Assembly (NCBI GenBank): GCA_024688685.1
Contig: JAILDX010000018.1
Span: 6,588 to 70,587 of the forward strand
Direction of reading: 5' to 3'
DNA: 64,000 nucleotides
Source: Saccharofermentans sp.
GTDB taxonomy: Bacteria > Bacillota > Clostridia > Saccharofermentanales > Saccharofermentanaceae
Position numbers and translations under genes: made by a program. Within the stretch, counting starts at the first letter, position 1. The number at the start of each line of letters is the position of its first letter. Below the pieces are notes generated by a model. That model worked only from the letters and a program-made list of their open reading frames with translations. It ran no database searches and was not told the origin of the DNA. This document shows, piece by piece, positions 39,252 through 49,719 of this stretch.

Positions 39252-41706
39252 AGAGAATGAGAACAATGCTGTAAGTGAGGAATTAAGATACCTTGCGGAT
39301 ATGAACGATGTCCCCGAGATACCAGAGTATATCTCTGAGCGATTTGATGAGATCATGAATCAGTTTACTGATTACCTGAAGAACTCCAACGCAAGTGAAG
39401 AAGAGATAGCAAAGGAACAAAAGCTCTTAACGGACGCATATATCTTTGCGTATAAAGCTCACCGTAACCAGAAGCGTAAGACAGGAGAGATGTACATCAT
39501 CCATCCGCTTGCTGTTGTACGTATCCTCGCTGAACTCGAGGTTGACGCTGAGACTCTTGCAGGTGCTATGCTCCACGATACGATAGAAGATACGGCAGCT
39601 GATTATGAACTTCTTGAGAGCATCTTCGGTCATTCAGTTGCAAATATGGTCAACGGAGTAACAAAGATCAATTCCAGTCTGGAACTCGTGAATTATAATT
39701 CCAAGGAAGAACTGCAGGCAACAAATGTGCGCAAGATGGTAATGGCGATGACCGATGATATCAGAGTCATCTTCATTAAGCTTGCAGACCGTCTCCACAA
39801 CATGAGAACGATGAAGCACATGACTCCTGAGAAGCAGATAGAGAAGGCACGTGAGACACTTGATATCTACGTTCCTTTCGCAGGCAGATTCGGTATCTAT
39901 AAGATCAAGTGGGAACTTGAGGACCTTTGTCTGAGATACATTGATCCCGATGCTTATTATGAGCTGGTCGGACTCGTTAACGGAAAGCGTTCCGAGCGTG
40001 AAGCTTTCATGGAGAAAGTTGTTACAGAGCTCAATAACAAACTTAAGGAATATCACATTAAGAACTACGAGATAGAAGGCAGACCAAAGCACTTTTACAG
40101 CATCTACAAGAAGATGAAAGATAAGGGCAAGACGATCGATGAGATCTATGACATGTTCGCATGCAGGATCATTGTTGACGAAGTTACTGACTGCTATACG
40201 GTCCTTGGTATCGTTCATGAGATGTACAATCACATCCCCGGAAGATTTAAGGACTATATCGCGATGCCGAAGGAGAATAAATACCAGTCAATACACACGA
40301 CTGTAATAGGCCCCAGCGGAATACCTTTCGAGGTCCAGATCAGGACTTATGCGATGCACAAGATAGCGGAATACGGTATCGCCGCTCACTGGCACTATAA
40401 GGAGTCCGGTGACTCCCATGAGTTCCAGGCTGACAGGTATGATGAGAAGATTTCTGAGGTAAGACAGATCCTTGATTCACAGTCTGAGCTTGCTGATCCG
40501 ACTGCATTCATGGAATACCTGAAGACAAATATCGCGCCTGAGGAAGTTTTTGTTTATACGCCCAAGGGTGAGGTCATAAGACTTCCCATCGGGTCATGTC
40601 CTATTGATTTCGCGTATCACATTCACAGCGGTGTTGGCAACCACATGCATGGAGCAAAGGTCAACGGAAGGATCGTTCCGCTGTCTTACACACTTAAGAA
40701 TGCGGATCAGGTTGAGATCCTGACGAGCGCGAAGATCAAAGGCCCTTCCAGAGACTGGATCAATATCGCAAGAACAACAACTGCGAAGAACAAGATCAAT
40801 GCTTACTTTAAGAAGGAAGCAAGGGCTGAGAATATCGCTGCCGGCATGGAGAAGCTGGAGCGCGAGATAGAGCGTAACGGCTTTAAGCCTGAAGATCTCA
40901 TAGTTGAGAGCAGGCTTGAACCCATTCTGAAGCGCAATACTTTTGCGAGTGTCGATGATCTCTATGCATCCATCGGATATGGTGCAACGAGTGTCATCAA
41001 GGTTTTTGGAAAGCTCAGAGATGATTATCTGAGATCTATATCGCCTGAAGAGAGACAGAAACTCGGCTACAGGATCGCAATCGACGGTCAGGTTGTTTAC
41101 AGACCGGAAGAGATGCCGATCGAGCTCGGAAAGTTCGACCAGGGTCCCAAGAGCAAGAAGACCAAGGAGTTCTCTGAACAGCGGTTTGATAAGGACGACA
41201 TAAAGGTCAGGATACCCCGCAAGAAGAATACAGAGTCTGTTGTTATCGTTGATGGGCTTGAGAATGTCGCTACGCATTATGCTAAGTGCTGCCATCCTGT
41301 TTTCGGCGATGATATCGTCGGATATATCACGCAGAACAAGGGCGTCGGAATACATAAATCCAGCTGTACCAATATGCTTAATTACATTAAGTACAAGGAC
41401 AGGTCTCCTAAAGATCTTGAGAGGTTCAGAAGGATCGTGGACTGCCACTGGCTATCAAATGCAAGGAATTCGGTCTTTGACATTGCGATAGCCATCACGG
41501 GCAGTGACAGACCTGATCTGCTCTTTGATATCCTTGACAGCATCAGGGAAGAGAAGGCGAGCATCGTTAAGGTCAATTCGCTCGTTGACGATGATTTTAT
41601 CGGTCACATCAATATAACGCTGACCATTACGAACAAAGCCCAGTTTGACAGGATCGTAGGAAGGATCCGTGCAGTAAGGGATGTTCTGACAGTGGAGAGG
41701 AAATAA
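39244..41706 (+). CDS. relA: Bifunctional (p)ppGpp synthetase/hydrolase Rel
   Basis: HD motif LHDTIED, KLADRLHNMRT, YQSIHT, EVQIRT, TGS and ACT domains; ATG at 39244. Confidence 0.95.
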   Translation: MAEENENNAVSEELRYLADMNDVPEIPEYISERFDEIMNQFTDYLKNSNASEEEIAKEQKLLTDAYIFAYKAHRNQKRKTGEMYIIHPLAVVRILAELEVDAETLAGAMLHDTIEDTAADYELLESIFGHSVANMVNGVTKINSSLELVNYNSKEELQATNVRKMVMAMTDDIRVIFIKLADRLHNMRTMKHMTPEKQIEKARETLDIYVPFAGRFGIYKIKWELEDLCLRYIDPDAYYELVGLVNGKRSEREAFMEKVVTELNNKLKEYHIKNYEIEGRPKHFYSIYKKMKDKGKTIDEIYDMFACRIIVDEVTDCYTVLGIVHEMYNHIPGRFKDYIAMPKENKYQSIHTTVIGPSGIPFEVQIRTYAMHKIAEYGIAAHWHYKESGDSHEFQADRYDEKISEVRQILDSQSELADPTAFMEYLKTNIAPEEVFVYTPKGEVIRLPIGSCPIDFAYHIHSGVGNHMHGAKVNGRIVPLSYTLKNADQVEILTSAKIKGPSRDWINIARTTTAKNKINAYFKKEARAENIAAGMEKLEREIERNGFKPEDLIVESRLEPILKRNTFASVDDLYASIGYGATSVIKVFGKLRDDYLRSISPEERQKLGYRIAIDGQVVYRPEEMPIELGKFDQGPKSKKTKEFSEQRFDKDDIKVRIPRKKNTESVVIVDGLENVATHYAKCCHPVFGDDIVGYITQNKGVGIHKSSCTNMLNYIKYKDRSPKDLERFRRIVDCHWLSNARNSVFDIAIAITGSDRPDLLFDILDSIREEKASIVKVNSLVDDDFIGHINITLTITNKAQFDRIVGRIRAVRDVLTVERK

Positions 41707-41714
41707 GTTAGTAT

Positions 41715-42437
41715 ATGCAGGCAAGACAGAAGTTTTTCATCGGTTTACAGGACGTCGGTACGGGCAACCATATCACGAATAAGGCTCTGATCGAAGCGTT
41801 GTCGAATGCGGCTAACGTTCACGGCCTCATGGTCGGACAGAGTACAGGGGAGAAAGATATCAGTCACCTGACATGGATCGTTCTTAACTGGAAGCTTGTT
41901 GTTTACAAAAGACCGGGTGCTTGCGAGACTATCGAGGTTGCCACATGGGGGCAGTCGTACAAGGGCATTCAGGCAGGCCGTGATTATGATGTCTTTGATT
42001 CGAACGGAGAGCTGATCGCCAAGGCCACATCCAACTGGGTCGCGATGAATCCGGAGACGGGAAGGCCGATAAAGCTTCATCCCGATCAGATCGAAGGATA
42101 CAAGATGGAGAACGGTCATCTCAATTTTGAAGGGTTTACTTTTGCCCGCCAGGCGCCTGATCTTCCGTTTGTCTGCGATAAGGAGCTGACGGTTATCAAG
42201 TCGATGATAGATATGAACGGACATGTGCATAATTCGTCTTATCTGGATCTGGCCGAGGAGGTCCTTCCTGACGGTGTGGACCGAAAGCTTTTCGATGATA
42301 TCGAGATATGTTATCGTAAGGAGATCAAGCCCAAGGAGACTGTAAGGCTTGAATATATAAGTGACGGAATAACACATTGTGTTATCATAAAGGATATATC
42401 AGATGATTCAGTTCATTCAGTGATAATAATGAAGTGA
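41715..42437 (+). CDS. Acyl-ACP thioesterase
   Basis: IDMNGHVHNSSYLD; double hotdog pattern. Confidence 0.85.
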   Translation: MQARQKFFIGLQDVGTGNHITNKALIEALSNAANVHGLMVGQSTGEKDISHLTWIVLNWKLVVYKRPGACETIEVATWGQSYKGIQAGRDYDVFDSNGELIAKATSNWVAMNPETGRPIKLHPDQIEGYKMENGHLNFEGFTFARQAPDLPFVCDKELTVIKSMIDMNGHVHNSSYLDLAEEVLPDGVDRKLFDDIEICYRKEIKPKETVRLEYISDGITHCVIIKDISDDSVHSVIIMK

Positions 42438-42449
42438 CGGAGGTACATA

Positions 42450-44150
42450 ATGAAGAATATACCGCTGTATGAGGTAACACACATTACAAACCTTAGAGAT
42501 ATTATCAAGACACGTGTCAGGGAGTTTCCGGGCAATCCTGTCTTCCTCCATAAAGAAGTAAAGGGCGGACCCTATGTTCCGGTGTCAACGGAACAGTACG
42601 ACCATGATATCGACTCTCTTGGAACAGCTCTATTTACAAGGGTGAAGAAGGGTTCAAGAGTTGCGATACTTGCTGAGACAAGATACGAATGGTATGTCTC
42701 TTATCTTGCAGCAACGAACGGTATCGGCTGCGTTGTTCCTATCGATAAGGAACTCCATCCCGAGGAGATCACAAACTGTCTCGAAAGGGCGGTTACCGAT
42801 GTCCTGATCTTCTCGAAGACAAAGCTCGATGCGATCAACGAAGTATACGGCAAGATCCCTTCGATCAAGTATTATATCTGCATGGATGACATCGATGATG
42901 ACAGATTTCTGTCATTCCATAAGCTGCTCAAGGAAGGCGAAGAGCTTATGTCTTCCGGCAACCGTGATTATCTTGATACGCCGATCGATCCCGATGAGAT
43001 GACGATACTCCTGTTTACATCAGGAACGACAGCTAAGTCAAAGGCAGTTATGCTCTGCCAGAAGAATATTTGTAAGAACCTCGAGGCCATGTTCTCGATG
43101 CTCTATATCTACCGTGATGACGTATTCTTCTCGGTACTGCCGCTGCACCATACATATGAGTGTACATGCGGATTCTTAGGTCAGGTTTACCGCGGTTCTA
43201 CAGTTGCCATCTGTGAAGGTCTGAGGTACATAACATCCAACATCAAGGAAGCAAAACCTACATGCGTTCTTATGGTTCCTGTAATGCTCGAGATGTTCTA
43301 CAAGGCTATCATGAAGAAGGTAAATGAAGATCCCAAAAAGGCAAAGAAACTCCAGACAGGCATCAAGCTGTCGAGGTTCCTTTTGAAGCTCGGAATCGAC
43401 AAGAGGAAAAAGTTCTTTAAGGATATTCATGATGTTTTCGGAGGAAGGATGAGACTTATCATTCTCGGCGGTGCACCTGTTAATCCCGAGATGCTCCAGT
43501 TCTTCCAGGATATCGGATTTATCTGCGTTCAGGGTTATGGACTTACGGAGTGTGCTCCTATCCTCGCTCTTAACAGAGATGTTGATTTCAAGAACCATGC
43601 GGCAGGTCTGCCTTTGCCGGGTTGTGATGTAAAGATACTTAATCCTGATGAGGACGGTATCGGTGAGTTTATTGCCAAGGGCGACAACGTATTCCTCGGA
43701 TATTACAATGATCCCGAGGCAACGGCACAGGCTCTTGATAAGGATGGTTATTACCACACAGGTGACCTGGGTTATATCGACAAGGACGGTTTCTGTATCA
43801 TTACGGGACGTAAGAAGAACGTTATCATCGCAAAGAACGGTAAGAACGTATTCCCTGAGGAGATAGAGTACCAGCTTTCATTGTCTCCTTATGTCGCAGA
43901 GAGCGTTGTTTCCGGTGTTGATGATGAAGCAAAGAACGATATCATTATCGTTGCAACTATCTTCCCTGATATGGAGCAGGTAGAGGCCAAGCTCGGAAAG
44001 GGAGCATCTGACGACAAGATCGAAGCATTGCTCAAGGAAGTTGCAGCATCTGTCAATGATCAGCTGCCGAATTACAAGAAGATAAAGAAAGTTGTATTGC
44101 GCAAGACTGAGTTTGAGAAGAATACTTCAAAGAAGATCAAGCGTTATTGA
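42450..44150 (+). CDS. Long-chain acyl-CoA synthetase (AMP-binding)
   Basis: FTSGTT..SK, QGYGLTE, TGDLG, GRKK. Confidence 0.9.
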   Translation: MKNIPLYEVTHITNLRDIIKTRVREFPGNPVFLHKEVKGGPYVPVSTEQYDHDIDSLGTALFTRVKKGSRVAILAETRYEWYVSYLAATNGIGCVVPIDKELHPEEITNCLERAVTDVLIFSKTKLDAINEVYGKIPSIKYYICMDDIDDDRFLSFHKLLKEGEELMSSGNRDYLDTPIDPDEMTILLFTSGTTAKSKAVMLCQKNICKNLEAMFSMLYIYRDDVFFSVLPLHHTYECTCGFLGQVYRGSTVAICEGLRYITSNIKEAKPTCVLMVPVMLEMFYKAIMKKVNEDPKKAKKLQTGIKLSRFLLKLGIDKRKKFFKDIHDVFGGRMRLIILGGAPVNPEMLQFFQDIGFICVQGYGLTECAPILALNRDVDFKNHAAGLPLPGCDVKILNPDEDGIGEFIAKGDNVFLGYYNDPEATAQALDKDGYYHTGDLGYIDKDGFCIITGRKKNVIIAKNGKNVFPEEIEYQLSLSPYVAESVVSGVDDEAKNDIIIVATIFPDMEQVEAKLGKGASDDKIEALLKEVAASVNDQLPNYKKIKKVVLRKTEFEKNTSKKIKRY

Positions 44151-44171
44151 TCCTCGGATCGGAGAGCTTTT

Positions 44172-46106
44172 ATGAAAGATGGTTATATCAGAGTTGGCGC
44201 GGCAACGCCGGATGTGCTCGTTGGAGATATCGATCATAATGTGCAGAGCATATTTGATCTTGTAGGGAAAGCGGAGAAAGAAGGCATATCACTTCTCGTA
44301 TTTCCGGAACTGTCGATAACAGGCTATACTTGTCAGGATATGTTCCTGCATAAGTCTTTTACTGATATGGCTTTTGACCGTCTGAAGCAGCTCGCTTCGT
44401 GGACAGAGAAATATGAGATCTGTTTCGTTGTCGGACTCCCTGTAGTTAAGGGCAGCAAGCTTTATAACTGTGCGGCAGTCGTCTGCGGGGGAGAGATCCT
44501 CGGACTTGTTCCCAAGAGCATAATCCCCAATTATTCAGAGTTCTATGAGCTCAGGCAGTTTACGCCTTTTGATGAGTATGAGGAGTGCAGCGAATACGAA
44601 GGCATCCCGTTCGGCAAGATGATCTTCGAGCATTCTGCATACACTGATATTAGGTTTGCTGTTGAGATCTGCGAGGAACTGTGGGTTCCTGATAATCCGT
44701 CCATTGATTACTGCAGATCAGGTGCGACTATTATCCTTAATCCGTCAGCTTCGGATGAGATAATCGGAAAGGCATCATACCGGAGGAGACTTGTATCAAT
44801 GGCTTCCGCAAAGCAGCTTTGTGCCTATGTTTACAGCGACTGCGGTTTCGGTGAGTCGACACAGGATCTTGTTTTTGCAGGTCACGATATCATCTCTGAG
44901 AACGGTACTATTCAGAATGAGCGCAAGAGCTATGAGCCGGGCATTGTTTTCGCTGATGTGGATATCGATAGGATCATTTTCGAGCGCAAGAGAATGAATA
45001 CTTATGTAAGTCTTTCAGAGCCTGATTACTGGACGGTTCAGTTTGATCTTGAACTGCCTGATATCAAGAGGCCTGTCCGCAAGATATCTGCTACTCCGTT
45101 TGTTCCGGAGAACAAGGGTGATCTTGATCTGAGATGTGAAGAGATACTCGGAATGCAGGCTGCAGGTCTTGCTACAAGACTTAAGGCAATAAAGTGTGAG
45201 AGGGCAGTGATCGGATTGTCCGGCGGTCTTGATTCAACGCTGGCACTTATCGTAACTGTTCATGCTTTTGATATGCTCGGTATAAGCAGAGACAAGATCT
45301 TTGCGGCGACGATGCCCTGTTTCGGCACAACATCGAGAACGAAGAATAATTCTATAGAACTCGCTAATTCGTATGGGGTTCCCGTCAAAGAGATCAATAT
45401 CGCAAAGAGCGTGATGCAGCATTTCGAGGATATCGGACAGTCTTCTGACAATCACGATGTCACATATGAGAACTCGCAGGCACGGGAAAGAACACAGGTG
45501 CTGATGGACATTGCAAATCAGATCGGCGGTATAGTTGTCGGTACAGGTGATCTGTCAGAGCTTGCTCTGGGATGGGCAACATATAACGGCGATCACATGT
45601 CAATGTATGGCGTGAACGGATCGATCCCCAAGACTCTCGTCAGATATCTCGTTAAATATGAATCAGAGAGGGTAAAGGATACGGATCCAAAGCTGTCAGA
45701 TGTTCTGATGGATATCTTCAATACTCCGGTATCTCCTGAACTCCTGCCGCCTGATGAGAGCGGAAATATCGCACAGAAGACTGAGGATCTGGTAGGTCCT
45801 TATGAGCTCCACGATTTCTTCATCTACTATTTTGTAAGATTCGCATTTGCACCGTCGAAGATCTACCATCTTGCGTCAGTTGCATTTGAAGGAAAGTACA
45901 GTAATCAGGTGATATTTGACTGGCTCTGTGTGTTTATCAGGAGATTCTTCACACAGCAGTTTAAGAGATCATGTCTTCCTGACGGACCGAAAGTGGGTAC
46001 TGTATCGCTTTCCCCCAGGGGAGATCTCAGAATGTCTTCAGATACAAGCTACCAGGCATGGATGGATGATCTGAAGCAGGTCTGGAATGAGGCATACGGC
46101 AAATAG
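44172..46106 (+). CDS. nadE: Glutamine-dependent NAD+ synthetase
   Basis: Nitrilase domain (FPELS, EICEE) plus SGGLDST and ENSQARERT. Confidence 0.95.
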   Translation: MKDGYIRVGAATPDVLVGDIDHNVQSIFDLVGKAEKEGISLLVFPELSITGYTCQDMFLHKSFTDMAFDRLKQLASWTEKYEICFVVGLPVVKGSKLYNCAAVVCGGEILGLVPKSIIPNYSEFYELRQFTPFDEYEECSEYEGIPFGKMIFEHSAYTDIRFAVEICEELWVPDNPSIDYCRSGATIILNPSASDEIIGKASYRRRLVSMASAKQLCAYVYSDCGFGESTQDLVFAGHDIISENGTIQNERKSYEPGIVFADVDIDRIIFERKRMNTYVSLSEPDYWTVQFDLELPDIKRPVRKISATPFVPENKGDLDLRCEEILGMQAAGLATRLKAIKCERAVIGLSGGLDSTLALIVTVHAFDMLGISRDKIFAATMPCFGTTSRTKNNSIELANSYGVPVKEINIAKSVMQHFEDIGQSSDNHDVTYENSQARERTQVLMDIANQIGGIVVGTGDLSELALGWATYNGDHMSMYGVNGSIPKTLVRYLVKYESERVKDTDPKLSDVLMDIFNTPVSPELLPPDESGNIAQKTEDLVGPYELHDFFIYYFVRFAFAPSKIYHLASVAFEGKYSNQVIFDWLCVFIRRFFTQQFKRSCLPDGPKVGTVSLSPRGDLRMSSDTSYQAWMDDLKQVWNEAYGK

Positions 46107-46147
46107 TCGTTTGTCTTTTTTCTTCTTTGTTATATAATAGTTTAGTA

Positions 46148-46238
46148 TGCCAATCGGGGATAGTTAGTAGATTGATATCCCGAGTGTTTATCAATGTATG
46201 ACAATCGGAGTATGAATCTAGTGACTACCTCCTTGGCA
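46148..46238 (+). promoter_or_regulatory. Long stem-loop in the pnp 5' leader
   Basis: TGCCAA/TTGGCA and GGGGATAGTTAGTAGATT/AATCTAGTGACTACCTCC arms, just downstream of TATAAT at 46133. Confidence 0.7.
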
Positions 46239-46264
46239 AATAATATATTCAAGGAGTTTTTGAA

Positions 46265-48490
46265 ATGGAAAAGATTTTCAAGACTGAGGTTGCCGGCAGA
46301 CCTCTCGTTGTAGAGACCGGCAAGATCGCACAGTTTGCAAACGGTTCCGTTCTCATCAGATATGGTGAGACAGTCGTTCTGTCAACTGTAACAGCATCAG
46401 CACAGCCTAAGGAAGGAATCGACTTCTTCCCGCTGTCAGTAGATTACGAGGAGAAGCTCTACGCTGTAGGCAAGATCCCCGGCGGTTTCCTTAAGAGAGA
46501 GGGAAGACCCGGTGAGAAGGCTATCCTTACATCACGTGTTATCGACAGACCTATCAGGCCTTTGTTCCCTAAGGATCTGCGTAACGATGTAGTTGTATCG
46601 AATACGGTTATGGCAGTTGATCCTGACTGTCTCCCTGAGATCACAGCTATGGTTGGTACTTCAATCGCTATCGCTATCTCCGATATCCCGTGGAAGGGAC
46701 CTGTCGGTGGCGTAGTACTTGGCCTCATCGATGGCAAGACTATCATCAACCCCACACTTGAGCAGCGTGAGCAGTCACAGATGTATGTAACTCTTGCAGG
46801 TACAGAGAAGAAGATCTGCATGGTTGAGGCTGGCGCTAACGAAGTACCTGATGATGTAATGCTCAATGCTATTGCAGAGGGACACGAAGTTATCAAGGAG
46901 ATCGTTAAGTTCATCAATTCGATCGTTGCAGAGATCGGCAAGCCTAAGTTCGAGTACCAGTCTGCGGATGTTCCCGAGGATGTTTTCGCAGCTGTTAAGG
47001 AGTATGGCTGGGACAAGATGAGAACAGCAGTTCTCGCTGAGGATAAGAACATCAGAGATGCAAATGTTGCAGCACTCACAGAAGAGATCGCAGCAATGCT
47101 CGAGGAGAAGGAAGAGGGGCTTTCTTCATGGACAGCAGATGCTGTTTACAAGCTTGAGAAGAAGGTCGTTAGAGATTATCTGTTCAGAGAGCATGTAAGA
47201 GTTGACGGACGTGCTCTTGACGAGATCAGACCTCTGTCTTGCGACGTTGGAGTACTCCCCAGAGTTCACGGTTCATCATTCTTCCAGAGAGGTCAGACAC
47301 AGGTAATGAACATCTGTACTCTCGCTCCTCTCGCTGAAGCTCAGAAGCTTGAAGGTCTTGATGAGCAGACAACTAAGAGATATATCCATCACTACAATTT
47401 CCCCGGCTATTCAGTAGGTGAGGCTAAGGCTTCCAGAAGCCCGGGACGTCGTGAGATCGGTCACGGAGCTCTTGCTGAGAGATCACTGATCCCTGTTCTT
47501 CCTTCAGAGGAGGAGTTCCCTTACGCTATCAGAACTGTATCCGAGATCACAATGAGTAACGGTTCCACATCACAGGGTTCTGTATGTGCTTCCACACTCT
47601 CTCTTATGGATGCAGGTGTACCGATCAAGAGACCTGTTGCAGGTATCTCTTCCGGACTTATCGTTAACGAAGAGAACGAGGATGACTTCCTCGTATTCAT
47701 GGATATCCAGGGCATCGAGGACTTCTTCGGTGATATGGACTTCAAGGTAGCAGGTACAACAGAAGGTATTACATCCATTCAGGTTGATATCAAGGTAGAA
47801 GGTCTTTCACTTGACATCATCAAGGCTGCTTTTGAGATGACACACAAGGGCCGTCTCAAGATCATCAACGAGGTCATCCTGCCCTGTATCCCTGCACCCC
47901 GTGCAGAGCTCAACAAGTACGCTCCCCGCATCATCTCAATGCAGATCCCTGTTGACAAGATCCGTGAGGTTATCGGTTCCGGCGGAAAGGTTATCAACAA
48001 GATCATTGCTGATACAGGTGCAGACATTAACATCAATGATGACGGTAAGCTCTATATCTCCACACCTGATCTTGAGGCTGCTGATAAGGCACAGAAGATC
48101 ATCAACGGCATCATCTCAGATCCTGAGGTAGGTGAAGAGTTCGATGGTGTTGTAACACGTCTTATGGATTTCGGTGCGTTCGTGGAGTTCCTGCCCGGTA
48201 AGGAAGGACTTGTACACATCAGTAAGCTCGCATGGAACCGTGTTGATAAGGTAGAGGATGTTGTTCACGAGGGTGACAAGGTTCGTGTTAAGCTCATCGA
48301 GATCGATTCTCAGGGCCGTCTGAATCTCTCTATCAGAGATACACTTCCTAAGCCTGAGGGTTATGTTGAGGAAGAACCCAGAAAGCGCGAGGGACGTCCT
48401 AACCGTGAGCGTCGCGGCGGATTCAATCCTAATCGCCACAATGACGGTGGTGATGAAGGTGAGAGAAAGGGCAGAAGAAGAGAGTTCTGA
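46265..48490 (+). CDS. pnp: Polyribonucleotide nucleotidyltransferase
   Basis: FFPLSVDYEE, RREIGHG, DFFGDMDFK, KH and S1 domains. Confidence 0.97.
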   Translation: MEKIFKTEVAGRPLVVETGKIAQFANGSVLIRYGETVVLSTVTASAQPKEGIDFFPLSVDYEEKLYAVGKIPGGFLKREGRPGEKAILTSRVIDRPIRPLFPKDLRNDVVVSNTVMAVDPDCLPEITAMVGTSIAIAISDIPWKGPVGGVVLGLIDGKTIINPTLEQREQSQMYVTLAGTEKKICMVEAGANEVPDDVMLNAIAEGHEVIKEIVKFINSIVAEIGKPKFEYQSADVPEDVFAAVKEYGWDKMRTAVLAEDKNIRDANVAALTEEIAAMLEEKEEGLSSWTADAVYKLEKKVVRDYLFREHVRVDGRALDEIRPLSCDVGVLPRVHGSSFFQRGQTQVMNICTLAPLAEAQKLEGLDEQTTKRYIHHYNFPGYSVGEAKASRSPGRREIGHGALAERSLIPVLPSEEEFPYAIRTVSEITMSNGSTSQGSVCASTLSLMDAGVPIKRPVAGISSGLIVNEENEDDFLVFMDIQGIEDFFGDMDFKVAGTTEGITSIQVDIKVEGLSLDIIKAAFEMTHKGRLKIINEVILPCIPAPRAELNKYAPRIISMQIPVDKIREVIGSGGKVINKIIADTGADININDDGKLYISTPDLEAADKAQKIINGIISDPEVGEEFDGVVTRLMDFGAFVEFLPGKEGLVHISKLAWNRVDKVEDVVHEGDKVRVKLIEIDSQGRLNLSIRDTLPKPEGYVEEEPRKREGRPNRERRGGFNPNRHNDGGDEGERKGRRREF

Positions 48491-48493
48491 TGC

Positions 48494-48604
48494 TCACCCC
48501 GTTTGCTCGCTGAGTCCTCGTCGGGTCCGCTCGTGTGAGGATATGTGAACACTTGAGGGAATACCTCGGCGAACCCGTCTGCGGAAGACCGCTCACCAAC
48601 GTGA
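48494..48604. ncRNA. Unnamed structured non-coding element, copy A
   Basis: TCGCTGAGTCCTCG-stem...stem-CTGCGGAAGACCGCTCAC; matches the reverse complement of 54126-54262 with different stem sequences. Confidence 0.6.
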
Positions 48605-48628
48605 TTCGCACATACAGTGATAAATGAT

Positions 48629-48666
48629 TACAGGGGCTGTCTCAGTTTTGAGGCAGCTCCTGTTTA
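48629..48666 (+). terminator. Terminator after pnp and element A
   Basis: ACAGGGGCTGTCTCA/TGAGGCAGCTCCTGT hairpin plus T-rich tail. Confidence 0.75.
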
Positions 48667-48793
48667 TTATTCACGCACTCCAGATGAAGCTGGGTCGATC
48701 CCCGCTTCTTTTTTTATCTCAGTCTTGTGAAAGGCGGTTCTTTGCAACTCTGATTCCGGAGTGCCCGATCCTGGGACAGGCAGCGGGTTAAAC

Positions 48794-49636
48794 TTAAACG
48801 TTGATGGCGTGGAGGTTCCTGTATTCACGGGGAGTGGAACCCGTAATCTCGCGGAATGCCTTGTTAAACCTGGTTGTTGACTGGAATCCCGCCATAAAGG
48901 CACATTCTGTTATCGACAGCTTCTCGTTGAGCAGAAGGTTAATGACATTGCGGACGCGTATTCCTGACAGATATTCCGGAAAAGATACTCCCATATACTC
49001 GTTGAAGAGCTTTGAAAAATAATAAGAAGACAGACCGACAGTTCCGGCAACCTGAGCCTGGGATATATCCTCGGTGGAATGCTCGTTAATGTAATTGCAA
49101 GCCGCCCGGATATAGTCCCAGGATTTGTCGGAGAAACGCTCACTGCCGATCAGTTCTCTGTGCTCTTCCATAACATGCTCGCCGATGAGCAGAAGAGTGT
49201 TGTAGACGTGAAGCTTGCACTTTGTCTCGCTAAAGTGCCATTTATTGTTATATAACTCCTTTATGCTGAGGATATGTTCTTTGATCTTACTGTTCAGTTC
49301 AGGTTCTTCCCTGCATGATATCAGATGGTATCTGCTAAGGAATCTTGATGCTGACGCGAGGTCGGAGTTGCTCTCGATAAGAGCAGATGTAAACTGGATA
49401 AACATTGACCCTCTGTCAGGTATATTAAGGATCTCATGAAGCTCTCTGGGCCATATAAGTACTATATCTCCGGCTTCGGGAGAATATACCGTATCACCGA
49501 TCCTGAAACTGCATCCGTCTTCGAGGATGATCATGAACTCAGCCGCATTGTGCCAGTGTGAGGGAAAGCTCGATGAGGGATCTTCAAAGACTGTGATACC
49601 GTTAACTTCGGTATATTTGATGATTTCTTTATCCAT
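48794..49636 (-). CDS. AraC-family regulator with cupin domain
   Basis: FPSHWH..E, YFSKLF, ITECAFMAGFQS...F..AF...TG.TPREYR. Confidence 0.92.
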   Translation of the reverse strand: MDKEIIKYTEVNGITVFEDPSSSFPSHWHNAAEFMIILEDGCSFRIGDTVYSPEAGDIVLIWPRELHEILNIPDRGSMFIQFTSALIESNSDLASASRFLSRYHLISCREEPELNSKIKEHILSIKELYNNKWHFSETKCKLHVYNTLLLIGEHVMEEHRELIGSERFSDKSWDYIRAACNYINEHSTEDISQAQVAGTVGLSSYYFSKLFNEYMGVSFPEYLSGIRVRNVINLLLNEKLSITECAFMAGFQSTTRFNKAFREITGSTPREYRNLHAINV

Positions 49637-49719
49637 AATCATACAATAACAAAAAATGGTCAAAATACAATAATAAAGTGCTGTTTTGTATTTGTAATGA
49701 GGGTTATCTTTTCTTCAAT

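Noticed and set aside
40594..41448. Long antisense ORFs (here opposite relA; similar ones opposite pnp, hydB and murC)
   Set aside because: They are expected shadows of codon bias in strongly conserved genes and show no motifs.
48667..48903. 78-aa minus-strand ORF and a GCACTCC/GGAGTGC inverted repeat as a riboswitch
   Set aside because: The ORF overlaps the AraC gene end, and the region is adequately explained by a terminator-like hairpin (GAAGC...GCTTC plus T run). No riboswitch consensus was recognised.
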